A stretch of 24,000 nucleotides of DNA from contig CAVSNW010000003.1 of the NCBI GenBank assembly GCA_963729595.1, positions 1,750,979 to 1,774,978 on the forward strand. Reading direction: 5' to 3'. This stretch comes from an uncultured Acidobacteriota bacterium (GTDB taxonomy: Bacteria; Acidobacteriota; Terriglobia; Acidiferrales; UBA7541). Both the position numbers and the translations under genes were made by a program. This document shows positions 1 through 8,758 of the stretch, piece after piece; within the stretch, counting starts at the first letter, position 1; each line of letters begins with the position of its first letter. Under the pieces are notes generated by a model that saw only the letters and a list, made by a program, of their open reading frames with translations, did not search any database and was not told where the DNA came from.

Positions 1-1
1 T

Positions 2-343
2 GGCGTCGAGTTAGGCTCCGGCAGTATAAGAATCCATCGCCAAGACATCCAGCAACGCCTGTTCAAAGCCCTGGGCTTAACGGAAGAGCAAACCCGCCGC
101 CGCTTCGGTTTCTTCCTGGACGCCCTAACCTACGGCACCCCTCCGCATGGTGGAATAGCGTTAGGTCTAGACCGCGTAGTCATGCTTCTGGCTGGCGAAA
201 AATCCATCCGCGAAGTAATCGCCTTCGCAAAAACCACCCAAGCCCAAGACCTAATGGCGGAATCCCCGTCCGAGGTCGACAAGGACCAGCTCGACCAACT
301 AGGCATCGCCCTGAAGACCGAGGCCAAGGCAACCAGCGAATGA
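2..343 (+). CDS. aspS: Aspartyl-tRNA synthetase, C-terminal fragment (gene starts upstream of the window)
   Basis: Frame 2 is open from the window edge to TGA at 341-343. It reads [30 protein letters not shown]...[39 protein letters not shown]. The [14 protein letters not shown] block is the class II motif 3 region typical of AspRS. It is absent from the ORF track because it has no start in the window. Confidence 0.88.
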   Translation, partial: GVELGSGSIRIHRQDIQQRLFKALGLTEEQTRRRFGFFLDALTYGTPPHGGIALGLDRVVMLLAGEKSIREVIAFAKTTQAQDLMAESPSEVDKDQLDQLGIALKTEAKATSE

Positions 344-392
344 TATCCTTGGCGCCGAGAGTTGGGGAATTGAGGTCGGGAGCGAAACGGCA

Positions 393-665
393 ATGCGAGC
401 TCTTGCGGTAACGGCTGTATTTCCATGGGTGATGGCTTGGCAATATCGCAAAAATGAGCTTTTGTGTTTTGTCATAATTGCGACGTTGTTTGCTGACGCA
501 GCTATGTTGTCGCTGCAAGGGGAAAATGTCTCTGATCGGCCCTTACGAATGTTTTCGATTTGCTCGCTGACCTGCATGCTTATCGCGGGAGTTTTCTTCC
601 TACTCTCCGTCGGAAAAAAGAAGCGAGATAAAGCAACCCTTGCCGAAAGGCCGGAGACGCACTGA
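393..665 (+). CDS. Hypothetical small membrane protein (90 aa)
   Basis: This ORF fills the aspS-mutL gap on the same strand. It has two or three hydrophobic segments (AVTAVFPWVMAW, LLCFVIIATLFADAAML, CSLTCMLIAGVFFLLSV) and a basic tail. GGGAG lies about 11 nt upstream of the ATG. I recognise no family, and the region is more AT-rich than its neighbours. Confidence 0.3.
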   Translation: MRALAVTAVFPWVMAWQYRKNELLCFVIIATLFADAAMLSLQGENVSDRPLRMFSICSLTCMLIAGVFFLLSVGKKKRDKATLAERPETH

Positions 666-670
666 ACTAG

Positions 671-2668
671 ATGAGCCGCATCCGCATATTGCCCGAAGCA
701 GTTGCTAACCGCATTGCGGCTGGCGAAGTCGTCGAGCGTCCCGCTTCCGTCGTGAAGGAGCTGCTCGAGAACGCGCTCGACGCTGGCGCGAAATCGATCC
801 GCGTTGAGGTCGAAGCCGGCGGCAAGCGCATGATCCGCGTCGCCGACGACGGTCACGGCATGACGCACGACGACGCGCTGCTCGCATTTGAGCGGCACGC
901 CACCAGCAAACTGCGTTCGGCGGACGATTTGATGTCGATCGCCACACTGGGTTTTCGCGGCGAAGCTATGCCGACCATCGCGGCGGTCTCACGGCTGCTC
1001 CTCGAAACGCGCGATGCCGCAGAAGCCGAAGGCACTCGTGTCGAGTTCGCCGGCGGAAAACTAGTTGGCGTAAAATCCGCAGGCCTGCCTGCGGGAACGA
1101 CCGTCAGCGTTGCCGATCTGTTTTACAGCGTTCCGGCACGGCGAAAATTCCTGAAGGCGGAAACGACCGAACTGGGCCACATTGCCTCGCTCGTCACGCA
1201 CTACGCGCTCGCCAATCCCGGCAAGCAATTTGTACTCGCCACGCCGACGCAACAAATTGTGGATTGCGCCCCGGTCGATCGGCTGGCCGATCGCGTCTAC
1301 CAACTCTTCGGCAAACAAGCGCTCGATGAATTGGTGGAAATTCCCACGGTCTCTGCCGCCTTTCGCGCCGCTGTCACCGAACCCGAGCTCGAACCTAGCG
1401 AAGAGCGCGCGCGAATCAGCGTGTACGGCTTCACCTCGCGTCCGGAAATCCAGCGCCCGAACCGCAATGGCATCTACGTGTTCGTGAACCGTCGTCTCGT
1501 TCGCGACCGGCTCATCCTGCACGCCATTCACGAAGCCTATCGCAATATCCTGCCGGGAAACGTTTTTCCCGCAACGCTGCTCTTTCTCGAGATGCCGTAC
1601 GACGAAGTCGATGTCAACGTCCATCCCGCGAAGATCGAGGTGCGCTTCCGCAGATCGCAATTCGTCCACGATTTCACGCGCGACGCGATTCGCCAGGTGC
1701 TCATGGGAGCCCGGCCGATTGCCAGCTTCGCGGCCGCAGCCGGCTCTGGTACGGCCTCCGGAGCGCCTCCGACGAACGGGATCGATTCGCCGATTTCTGC
1801 GACTGGCGTGCCGCCAATCGGGCCGGGCAACGGCATCGGCGTACCGCGAGCGATCGTTCCCGCTCTGGAAGAAATCGGCCTCGGCTCCGGCGTGGGTTCC
1901 GACGGAGGTTTCGATCTGACGAGCGCACCGCAGCGGCCCGTCCCGCAACGTTTTTCCTTCGATCCTGGAACTTCCTTCGGCGTCGCCGTACAGTCGTCTG
2001 CGACCGCAGGGGCGGCGGCACCGAATTGGGCAGCGAATTTCGCAGCGGCGAGCAGCGATTCCCCCGCGCGCTTGCCGCATCCCGAAGAAATCACCGACTT
2101 GAAGCCGCTTGGTCAAGTGAGTTCCAGTTTCATCGTGGCCGTGAACGGCGAAGGCCTGTGGATCGTGGACCAGCACGTCGCGCACGAGCGCGTGCTCTTC
2201 GAGCAGCATCTGGAAGCCCGCCGCTCCGGCAAAGTCGAGAGCCAGCGGATGCTGATGCCCATGATTCTGGAGCTGGCCCCTAGGCAGTTGGTGATCTACG
2301 AAAAAATCGCGGAGGAGCTTTCCGCCAATGGTTTCGAGGTCGCGCCCATGGGGCCGCGTAGCGTCGCCATCCAGGCTGTTCCCGCTGGCGTAGCCAACGC
2401 CGACGCAGAAAAATTGCTGACGGAAATCCTCGACGGCATCGAGCGAGAAAATGCAGCAATCTCCATCGAAACGCTGCAAGCGAAGATCGCGGCGTCTACA
2501 GCATGTCACGCGGCGATAAAAGTAAACATGCCGCTCGACCAAACGAAAATGGAATGGCTGCTCGGCGCTTTGGCGAAAACGGATTGCCCGATGAGCTGTC
2601 CGCACGGCCGGCCGGTCGTCCTGCGTTATTCGGTGAAAGAGATCGAGCGGGCCTTTCACAGGACTTAG
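671..2668 (+). CDS. mutL: DNA mismatch repair protein MutL, endonuclease-type
   Basis: The N-terminal GHKL ATPase region reads IRILPEAVANRIAAGEVVERPASVVKELLENALDAGA. A Pro/Gly/Ala-rich linker follows. The C-terminal domain carries DQHVAHERVLFE (a DQHA-x2-E-x4-E nicking motif variant), ACHAAIK and CPHGRP metal-site motifs. Confidence 0.97.
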   Translation: MSRIRILPEAVANRIAAGEVVERPASVVKELLENALDAGAKSIRVEVEAGGKRMIRVADDGHGMTHDDALLAFERHATSKLRSADDLMSIATLGFRGEAMPTIAAVSRLLLETRDAAEAEGTRVEFAGGKLVGVKSAGLPAGTTVSVADLFYSVPARRKFLKAETTELGHIASLVTHYALANPGKQFVLATPTQQIVDCAPVDRLADRVYQLFGKQALDELVEIPTVSAAFRAAVTEPELEPSEERARISVYGFTSRPEIQRPNRNGIYVFVNRRLVRDRLILHAIHEAYRNILPGNVFPATLLFLEMPYDEVDVNVHPAKIEVRFRRSQFVHDFTRDAIRQVLMGARPIASFAAAAGSGTASGAPPTNGIDSPISATGVPPIGPGNGIGVPRAIVPALEEIGLGSGVGSDGGFDLTSAPQRPVPQRFSFDPGTSFGVAVQSSATAGAAAPNWAANFAAASSDSPARLPHPEEITDLKPLGQVSSSFIVAVNGEGLWIVDQHVAHERVLFEQHLEARRSGKVESQRMLMPMILELAPRQLVIYEKIAEELSANGFEVAPMGPRSVAIQAVPAGVANADAEKLLTEILDGIERENAAISIETLQAKIAASTACHAAIKVNMPLDQTKMEWLLGALAKTDCPMSCPHGRPVVLRYSVKEIERAFHRT

Positions 2669-2854
2669 GAAGTTGTGCCTGCGACGTGCGGCGTCAACTC
2701 CATCGTTGCTAAGGGACGCCCCCTAGTCGCGGTCTTCGAGACCGCAGGGTTTCGATTCAGATACGAGCACGGTTTGCACGGCTTGCGCAAAATATCCGAG
2801 CCCGGGGGATATTGGTCTTCGTCGTGGTGGTGGTGCCAATTCGTGATCTAAACC

Positions 2855-2880
2855 CCGCCCTCGGAAAGGCACGAGGGCGG
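2855..2880. other. GC-rich stem-loop in the mutL-fabI intergenic region
   Basis: CCGCCCTCG (2855-2863) and CGAGGGCGG (2872-2880) form a perfect 9-bp stem around the 8-nt loop GAAAGGCA. No U-tract follows on either strand. A smaller hairpin, GCGGTC/GACCGC, sits at 2729-2745. Confidence 0.3.
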
Positions 2881-2919
2881 CTGCGGGCTGCGTGCAAGCG
2901 ATTTTAGTCAAGGAGAGAA

Positions 2920-3684
2920 ATGAGCGAAACACAAAAGACGGCGGTGATTTTCGGGCTGGCGAATAAGCGCAGCATTGCTTGGGCGATTGCGCAGAAACTG
3001 CAACAAGCCGGCTGGCGCTTGGCGATTACCTATCAGAATGAACGCCTGGAGTTGGAGGCCAAGGACCTGATCGCCGAATTGCCAGGCGCGACGGGATTCA
3101 TGTGCGATGTGACGCAAGACGATCAGATTGCTAAGCTGTTTGATCAACTCAAGGAAAAATATGGTGCGTTGCACGGACTGGTGCACAGCATTGGCTTCGC
3201 GCCCGAGAGCGACCTGAAAGGGGAATTCGTCAACACCACGCGTGAGGGATTCCGCATCGCGAACGATATCAGTGTGTATTCCCTGATCGCCGTGGCGCGC
3301 GGAGCGCTGCCTTTGATGACGTCGGGCGGCGCCATCGTTACGCTCACGTATTATGGCGCGGAAAAAGTCGTGCCGCGATACAACCTCATGGGTGTGTCGA
3401 AAGCCGCTCTGGAAGCGACGGTTCGCTACCTCGCCAACGATCTCGGCTCGAAAGCAATACGCGTCAACGCCATTTCCGCCGGACCGATCAAGTCGCTGGC
3501 GTCGCGCGGAATATCCAATTTTGGCGATATGCTGAAGACCCAGATCGAGCGGGCGCCTTTGAAGCGTAACGTGGACCCCGCCGAAGTGGGCGCGACCGCG
3601 GCGTTCCTGCTTTCCGATGGCGGTTCGGGCATTACCGGCGAGACCATCTACGTGGATTGCGGCTATAACATCATGGGTTTTTAA
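2920..3684 (+). CDS. fabI: Enoyl-[acyl-carrier-protein] reductase (NADH) FabI
   Basis: A strong SD (AAGGAG) precedes the ATG. The N-terminus is GLANKRSIAWAIAQKL. The catalytic Tyr-x6-Lys region is YNLMGVSKAALEA. NAISAGPIKSLASRGI is also typical of FabI short-chain reductases. Confidence 0.95.
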   Translation: MSETQKTAVIFGLANKRSIAWAIAQKLQQAGWRLAITYQNERLELEAKDLIAELPGATGFMCDVTQDDQIAKLFDQLKEKYGALHGLVHSIGFAPESDLKGEFVNTTREGFRIANDISVYSLIAVARGALPLMTSGGAIVTLTYYGAEKVVPRYNLMGVSKAALEATVRYLANDLGSKAIRVNAISAGPIKSLASRGISNFGDMLKTQIERAPLKRNVDPAEVGATAAFLLSDGGSGITGETIYVDCGYNIMGF

Positions 3685-3814
3685 GCAGTCGACAGTCGGC
3701 AGTTCAACGTTTACAGTTAACCCCGAAAAACAACACTGTGCCGAAGTGTGTAAACCAAGGTGTGGCGAAAACTTGACGTGTGGTTGGCCATTGAGGACTG
3801 ACGACTGACAACAC

Positions 3815-4534
3815 ATGCCTAGACTTACGATTGCAATTGACGGTCCCGCAGGTTCGGGGAAGAGCAGCGTCGCGAGGCGAATTGCCGGCGTCCTGGAATA
3901 TTTGTATTTGGACAGTGGGGCGATGTATCGCGCGCTGGCGTTAAAAGCGCTGCAACACGGTGTTCCTCTCGACGACGAAGAGCAGCTCGAGAAACTGGCT
4001 GCCGACACCCACATCGAGTTGAAGGCGCCGACGCCCGAGCGAGAGCGGGGCGGATCAAAGAACGATGTTTTTCTGGATGGTGCGGACGTTACCGATGAGA
4101 TTCGCACCGGGGAAGTAGCGCAGGCGGCGTCGCGGCTGGCAACGATCGCAGGCGTGCGGCACGTGCTGGTGGCCGAGCAGCAGCGCGCCGGTGCGGGCGG
4201 TGGCGTGGTGATGGAAGGGCGCGACATCGGCACTGTAGTGTTTCCCAACGCGGAGCTCAAGATTTTTCTGGATGCTTCGCCGGAAGTGCGCGCGGAGCGG
4301 CGTTGGAAGGAGCACCAGGAAAAAGGAGATGACCTGACTGTGTTCCAGGTTCTCGAGGAAGTGCGGGAGCGCGACAAACGTGACCGAGAGCGCAAGGTGT
4401 CGCCTCTCGTACGGGCCGCCGATGCGGTCATCGTGGACAACACCGCAATGGATGTTGAGGAAACGGCGCGGCTGATCGTCATGCTGGCACGAGAGCGCGA
4501 GAAGGAGTTTGCGGAGGCCAGGAGGAAAGCTTGA
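3815..4534 (+). CDS. cmk: Cytidylate kinase
   Basis: The P-loop region IAIDGPAGSGKSSVARRIA is followed by YLDSGAMYRALA and EGRDIGTVVFPNAELKIFLDAS, a typical Cmk layout. Confidence 0.95.
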   Translation: MPRLTIAIDGPAGSGKSSVARRIAGVLEYLYLDSGAMYRALALKALQHGVPLDDEEQLEKLAADTHIELKAPTPERERGGSKNDVFLDGADVTDEIRTGEVAQAASRLATIAGVRHVLVAEQQRAGAGGGVVMEGRDIGTVVFPNAELKIFLDASPEVRAERRWKEHQEKGDDLTVFQVLEEVRERDKRDRERKVSPLVRAADAVIVDNTAMDVEETARLIVMLAREREKEFAEARRKA

Positions 4535-6369
4535 TGCGAATGCTGGCGATGGGGGCGGTGGGTCTGAGTAGCGCGTTGCTGATTGTTCCGATGTTGATTC
4601 TGGGTGATGAAAAAACCCGCTCGGCCGCTGACGCGCAGACCGACGAAACCCGCAAATTCCGGGCGTATCTCGACGCCGATTGGCAGCGTTGGATGGAAGA
4701 GTATCCGGATGTAGCGACGCAGGTCGGCTATCCCGGACAGAACAATCGCTGGACCGACGATTCGCCCGCGGGAATCGAGCGCAGGAAGAAGCACTTGGCC
4801 GAAAGCATTGCGGAACTGAAAGCGATTCACCGCGGTGTTTTGCCGGAAAGCGAAAAGCTGAACTTCGATCTGTATTCGCAGTTGCTGGAGACCTCGGAGG
4901 AAGGGTTGCAGTACGGCGACGATCCGCTGCCTTTTCGGTTTGTGGTGCCGCGAAGCCTTTGGATGCCGCTGAACCAGATGGAAGGGATTCAGCAGGGAGC
5001 AGCGGATGCGCTGGAGAGTACGCCGCACCATAGTTTGGCGGAATACGAAATTATTCTGGAGCGGATGAAAGCGCTGCCAACGGCGGTCGAGCAGCAGATT
5101 GCGCTGCTGCAAGAGGGATTGAAGCGCGGGTTCACGCCGCCGAAGATCACCATGCGCGACGTGCCAAAGCAGATCGCCGACCTGATTCCCGCCGATCCGA
5201 TGGCGAGCGCGCTGCTTCAGCCGTTCACGGAATTTCCCAGCGCATTCTCGGATGCAGAGCGTGCCCGCGTGACCGAGCAGGCGAAGAAAATTTACACGAG
5301 CGCGCTGGCACCGGCGTTTCAGAAATTGCACGACTACGTGGCATCGACATATTTGTCTGCGTGTCGCGAGAACACTGCGGCGACGGCGCTGCCGAATGGC
5401 GCCGCGGCATATGCCTTCCACGTTCGCTGGCAAACGACCGCGGATTTGACGCCGCAGCAGATTCACGACATCGGATTGTCGGAAGTGAAACGGATTCGCG
5501 CGGAGATGGACAAGGTCATCGCGTCGGTGAATTTCAAAGGGAGCTTTCACGAGTTCACGGAGTTTCTGCGCACCGATTCGCAGTTTTATTACGACAAGCC
5601 GGATGATCTTGTGAATGGCTACCGGATTATTACGAAGAAAATCGATCCGGAGCTGGCGCATGAATTCGGAAAACTGCCGCGCCTTCCCTATGGCGTTTGC
5701 CCGATTCCGGATTTCAAGGCGCCTTCGCAGACTACGGCGTATTACCAGGGAGGATCGCCTGCGGTGGGAAGGCCAGGCTGCTACTTCGTGAACACCTACA
5801 ACTTGAAGGCGCGGCCGAAGTTTGAGATGGAGGCGCTTTCGTTGCACGAGGCGGTGCCCGGGCACCATTTGCAGCTTTCCTTGGGACAGGAAATGGAGAA
5901 CGTGCCGGAGTTCCGAAAGCACGTGGGCTATTCGGCATTCGTGGAGGGATGGGCGCTGTACGGTGAGAGTCTCGGGGAAGAGTTGGGGTTGTACAAGGAT
6001 CCATACTCGAAGTTCGGGCAGCTGAGCTACGAGATGTGGCGCGCGGTGCGGCTGGTGGTGGATACCGGAATGCATTCGATGGGCTGGACGCGGGAGCAGG
6101 CTATTCGGTTCTTCAACGACAACACGGGGAAGACCAGCCAGGACACTACGGTCGAAGTGGATCGTTACCTCGTGTGGCCAGGTCAGGCGTTGGCTTACAA
6201 GCTGGGACAATTGAAGATACGGGAGTTGCGGACCGCAGCGGAGTCGAAGCTGGGGCCGAAGTTTGACGTCCGGAAGTTTCATGACGCGGTGCTGGAGAGT
6301 GGATCGTTGCCTTTGCGTGTGCTGGACGGGCACGTGAGATCGTGGATCGCGGGAATGAGCGCCGACTGA
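4531..6369 (+). CDS. Secreted DUF885 family protein
   Basis: The N-terminal hydrophobic signal-like segment is MLAMGAVGLSSALLIVPMLIL. Family-typical blocks are LHEAVPGHHLQ, FVEGWALYGE and EVDRYLVWPGQALAYKLGQLKI. The ATG at 4531 overlaps the cmk stop as ATGA. In-frame ATGs at 4534, 4540 and 4549 are alternative starts. Confidence 0.88.
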   Translation: MMRMLAMGAVGLSSALLIVPMLILGDEKTRSAADAQTDETRKFRAYLDADWQRWMEEYPDVATQVGYPGQNNRWTDDSPAGIERRKKHLAESIAELKAIHRGVLPESEKLNFDLYSQLLETSEEGLQYGDDPLPFRFVVPRSLWMPLNQMEGIQQGAADALESTPHHSLAEYEIILERMKALPTAVEQQIALLQEGLKRGFTPPKITMRDVPKQIADLIPADPMASALLQPFTEFPSAFSDAERARVTEQAKKIYTSALAPAFQKLHDYVASTYLSACRENTAATALPNGAAAYAFHVRWQTTADLTPQQIHDIGLSEVKRIRAEMDKVIASVNFKGSFHEFTEFLRTDSQFYYDKPDDLVNGYRIITKKIDPELAHEFGKLPRLPYGVCPIPDFKAPSQTTAYYQGGSPAVGRPGCYFVNTYNLKARPKFEMEALSLHEAVPGHHLQLSLGQEMENVPEFRKHVGYSAFVEGWALYGESLGEELGLYKDPYSKFGQLSYEMWRAVRLVVDTGMHSMGWTREQAIRFFNDNTGKTSQDTTVEVDRYLVWPGQALAYKLGQLKIRELRTAAESKLGPKFDVRKFHDAVLESGSLPLRVLDGHVRSWIAGMSAD

Positions 6370-6828
6370 CGAATTGGGATTGTTGGGCGATGGGATCGGT
6401 GGATGGGGTCGATTGGGAGCGACGTCCGAGCTTTCGTTGAATGTTTCCTCGTTGAGCAAACTGATACACCAATTTTTTGGGGAGTTGCCTTCGAAGTGTC
6501 TGCGGTTAAAAGAGCCTTGACGTATTTGAGGTAGATTTGTGTCAAGAACCTGCAAGGTTATGAAAACAATCGGTTTGCTTGGCACCTCTCGGTACGCAAT
6601 CTGATGACAAACCAATTTCGCGAAACGATGAGGTGGAGGCTGGGCGGCCCATGTCTGGGACCCTTAGAAGGTTTCTGGATATTGACCTATAGGTATCATC
6701 AATACCGTACGAAGTAGAGATGCCTTCGACTTTACTGGATAGCGGGGCGGCCGCTCGAATTGAGAGGCGCGCACCCATCTAGCGACGAGCTTGGCGGCAC
6801 TTCACCCGCTGTCATCCAGCTCGATCGA

Positions 6829-8205
6829 CTATTGAGCGTCGCGGTTGGTGATGGAGACGCGGAAGGGCGGCTTGGATTTTTCGCCGGACTCGAGGACATA
6901 GTCCTGGGCCGTCTTGGTGGGGTCGTAGTCGCGCCATAGCCAGGTCATTTCAGCAGGGAATTCGGCGGCGCCGTGGCCGGAATTGTGGGTGCCTTTGCCG
7001 AAGCTGAAATGATAGTCGTATTCGCGAAATTTGAGGGCGTTGGCCATGCGGAGATTGGCTAGCGGCCAGTTGCCGTAGCGCAGGTCCAAATCTTCGGAAC
7101 CGTCCTGCAGGCATACGCGGATGTTGCGTCTTGGTTCGCGCAGAATCTTGTCGGGGTAGTCCTGACCGCCGTCGGGATTGGCGGGATCTTCCTTCCATTG
7201 GATGCCAGAGAAGCTGCCGATCCAGGAGATTACGCGACTGAACTGGTCGGGCATCTGCCATGCGGCGTTGAAAGAGCAGATGCCGCCGGAAGAGAGGCCG
7301 GTGATGGCGTGGCTGTAGGCGTCTTTGCGGATACTGTATTTGGCGGCGACCTCGGCCAGGACTTCATCGCGGAGGAAGCGCGGATAGCGATCACTAACGG
7401 TGTCGTACAGAGTGCTGCGCATGGAATCTTTGAGGGTGCGCTCCCATTTGTCGGAATAGGCTTTCACAAAATTGAAGGTCGGCGTATTGGGCGAGCCGCT
7501 GATGTCGCCGGGATTGATGAAGACGGCGATCATCACCGGGATTTTCTTTTGGGCGATGAGGTTGTCGATCACATTGAGCGCGAGGTTGTTGCCGTTGCGA
7601 TCGAGGTACCACTCGCCATCCTGAAAAACCATCAGCGCGGCGGGATTGCTGGGATCATACTGAGCGGGAACGTAAATCCAGTAGTCGCTTTTCATGCCGT
7701 CGTAGATTTTGCTGGTGTGCGTGATTTTTTCCGACAATTTGCCAGCGGGGACGCCGGGCTGCTGATAGGAATCCGGTGTGAAGGCCGGGAGGTCGAGGCG
7801 GCCGCCGAATTTCAGCCCATCGACGATGTAGTGAAAGGAATGAAGCTTGCCGAGTTGCTCGATGCGGGCGGCGGCGTACCAGAGATCGGACTTGCCGAGT
7901 TGGTGCATCTGCGGGCCGGGAGCGTCGTCGATAACGAGCGCGGGTTTTGAAGCCGCCTGGACGGCGAAGAAGAAGTCCGGGCCGTGACCGGTCCAGGCGA
8001 TGCCTTTACTGATGTCGGGTGGCGCGAAGGTAGCGCGGATGGCGTCCCCGAGCGCAGGGCTGTTGGAGCTTGCGAGCGCAATAAGTTGCGGGGCGGTGGA
8101 TTTTTCGGCGGCCATGGAGTTGACGGGCGCGCAGAGCACGACGAAGGAAAGCAGGCAAGCGATGCGGTGGGCGAGATGTTCCGCGGATTTGTTTTGCTGG
8201 TGCAT
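6829..8205 (-). CDS. Secreted alpha/beta-hydrolase, putative esterase family (enterochelin-esterase-like)
   Basis: AAAGGA lies 6 nt upstream of the ATG. There is an N-terminal signal-like segment (ACLLSFVVLCAPVNSMAA). The GxSxG nucleophile elbow is in AITGLSSGGICSF. PVMIAVFINPG and a downstream His-containing block are typical of this family. Confidence 0.8.
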   Translation of the reverse strand: MHQQNKSAEHLAHRIACLLSFVVLCAPVNSMAAEKSTAPQLIALASSNSPALGDAIRATFAPPDISKGIAWTGHGPDFFFAVQAASKPALVIDDAPGPQMHQLGKSDLWYAAARIEQLGKLHSFHYIVDGLKFGGRLDLPAFTPDSYQQPGVPAGKLSEKITHTSKIYDGMKSDYWIYVPAQYDPSNPAALMVFQDGEWYLDRNGNNLALNVIDNLIAQKKIPVMIAVFINPGDISGSPNTPTFNFVKAYSDKWERTLKDSMRSTLYDTVSDRYPRFLRDEVLAEVAAKYSIRKDAYSHAITGLSSGGICSFNAAWQMPDQFSRVISWIGSFSGIQWKEDPANPDGGQDYPDKILREPRRNIRVCLQDGSEDLDLRYGNWPLANLRMANALKFREYDYHFSFGKGTHNSGHGAAEFPAEMTWLWRDYDPTKTAQDYVLESGEKSKPPFRVSITNRDAQ

Positions 8206-8342
8206 GGGGAATCCTTTTAGCGTTTTGGCGGAGTGCGCTGATCGAGCGGTGAATCATAGCCCGAAAGGGACGAGGATTGCCAAGTGTCTAGGAATCGCGT
8301 CATCGAGGCCATGCCTGGTTAATTGCCCGGGAGCGGTTTGAA

Positions 8343-8374
8343 GAAAGCAGACCTCGCGCCTCGCTCGGGATGAC
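8343..8374. repeat. Copy 1 of a short dispersed intergenic repeat (GTCATCCCGA...GAGG type)
   Basis: GAAAGCAGACCTCGCGCCTCGCTCGGGATGAC resembles 23912-23942 (GAAGCAAATCCCTCGCTCCGTTCGGGATGAC). They share TCGGGATGAC exactly, plus CCTCGC and GAAGCA-like flanks. Confidence 0.4.
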
Positions 8375-8424
8375 ATTTGTCATGTCGGGATGACACTTGT
8401 TGTGTCGGATGAAAGTTGTTGTAT
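8365..8424. repeat. Three tandem 20-bp direct repeats in a divergent promoter region
   Basis: The units are TCGGGATGACATTTGTCATG (8365-8384), TCGGGATGACACTTGTTGTG (8385-8404) and TCGGATGAAAGTTGTTGTAT (8405-8424). Unit 1 contains the 14-bp palindrome ATGACA-TT-TGTCAT (8370-8383). Confidence 0.6.
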
Positions 8425-8462
8425 TGTTCGCGTACGCCGGAGCGAGCGTAGTGGAGGGTGAG

Positions 8463-8729
8463 ATGCGGACTGCGTTGATTATTCTGGCCGGTTTTGTGCT
8501 GTGGGGTGTTTGTCTGGGGATCGCGAAAGTTGCTGCGGGAGCGAGAGAGTCGTCGATGAATCTGGCTACCGGGATTTTTGCGGTGCTCTGGTTCGTTGGG
8601 GCCGGGTTGAATATGTGGATCGGCGTGACCAAGGCGGGGTATTCGTTCCGCGAGGGGCTGCCAATATTTCTGGTGATTTTCCTCGTGCCGACCATCGTGG
8701 CGGTGATCGTGATGTGGAAGGTTCTGTGA
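8463..8729 (+). CDS. Hypothetical small integral membrane protein (88 aa)
   Basis: The ATG at 8463 is preceded by GGAGGG at 8453-8458. Three hydrophobic helices are visible (ALIILAGFVLWGVCLGIA, GIFAVLWFVGAGLNMWI, LPIFLVIFLVPTIVAVIVMW). The track ORF begins further upstream at 8397 but lacks an RBS there. Confidence 0.5.
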   Translation: MRTALIILAGFVLWGVCLGIAKVAAGARESSMNLATGIFAVLWFVGAGLNMWIGVTKAGYSFREGLPIFLVIFLVPTIVAVIVMWKVL

Positions 8730-8758
8730 CAGTTTTCCCGAAAAGGGGCGACGACTGG

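Noticed and set aside
1061-2659. 532-aa minus-strand ORF inside mutL, plus several smaller overlapping ORFs at 705-2283.
   Set aside because: They are antisense or out of frame relative to a full-length MutL that has all its motifs. Their composition is Arg/Gly/Ala-rich and they contain no recognisable domains.
2908-6615. 1235-aa ORF on the minus strand spanning fabI, cmk and the DUF885 gene.
   Set aside because: It lies antisense to three plus-strand genes that have clear family signatures, and it also runs through two intergenic spacers. Its [11 protein letters not shown] is Arg/Leu/His/Gln-rich low-complexity sequence with no recognisable domain. It is a typical shadow ORF of a GC-rich genome.
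8365-8424. CRISPR array, considered for this tract and for the 13577-13650 tract.
   Set aside because: The units are directly abutting 14-20 bp repeats with no unique spacers. They are far shorter than CRISPR repeats, and no cas genes are nearby.
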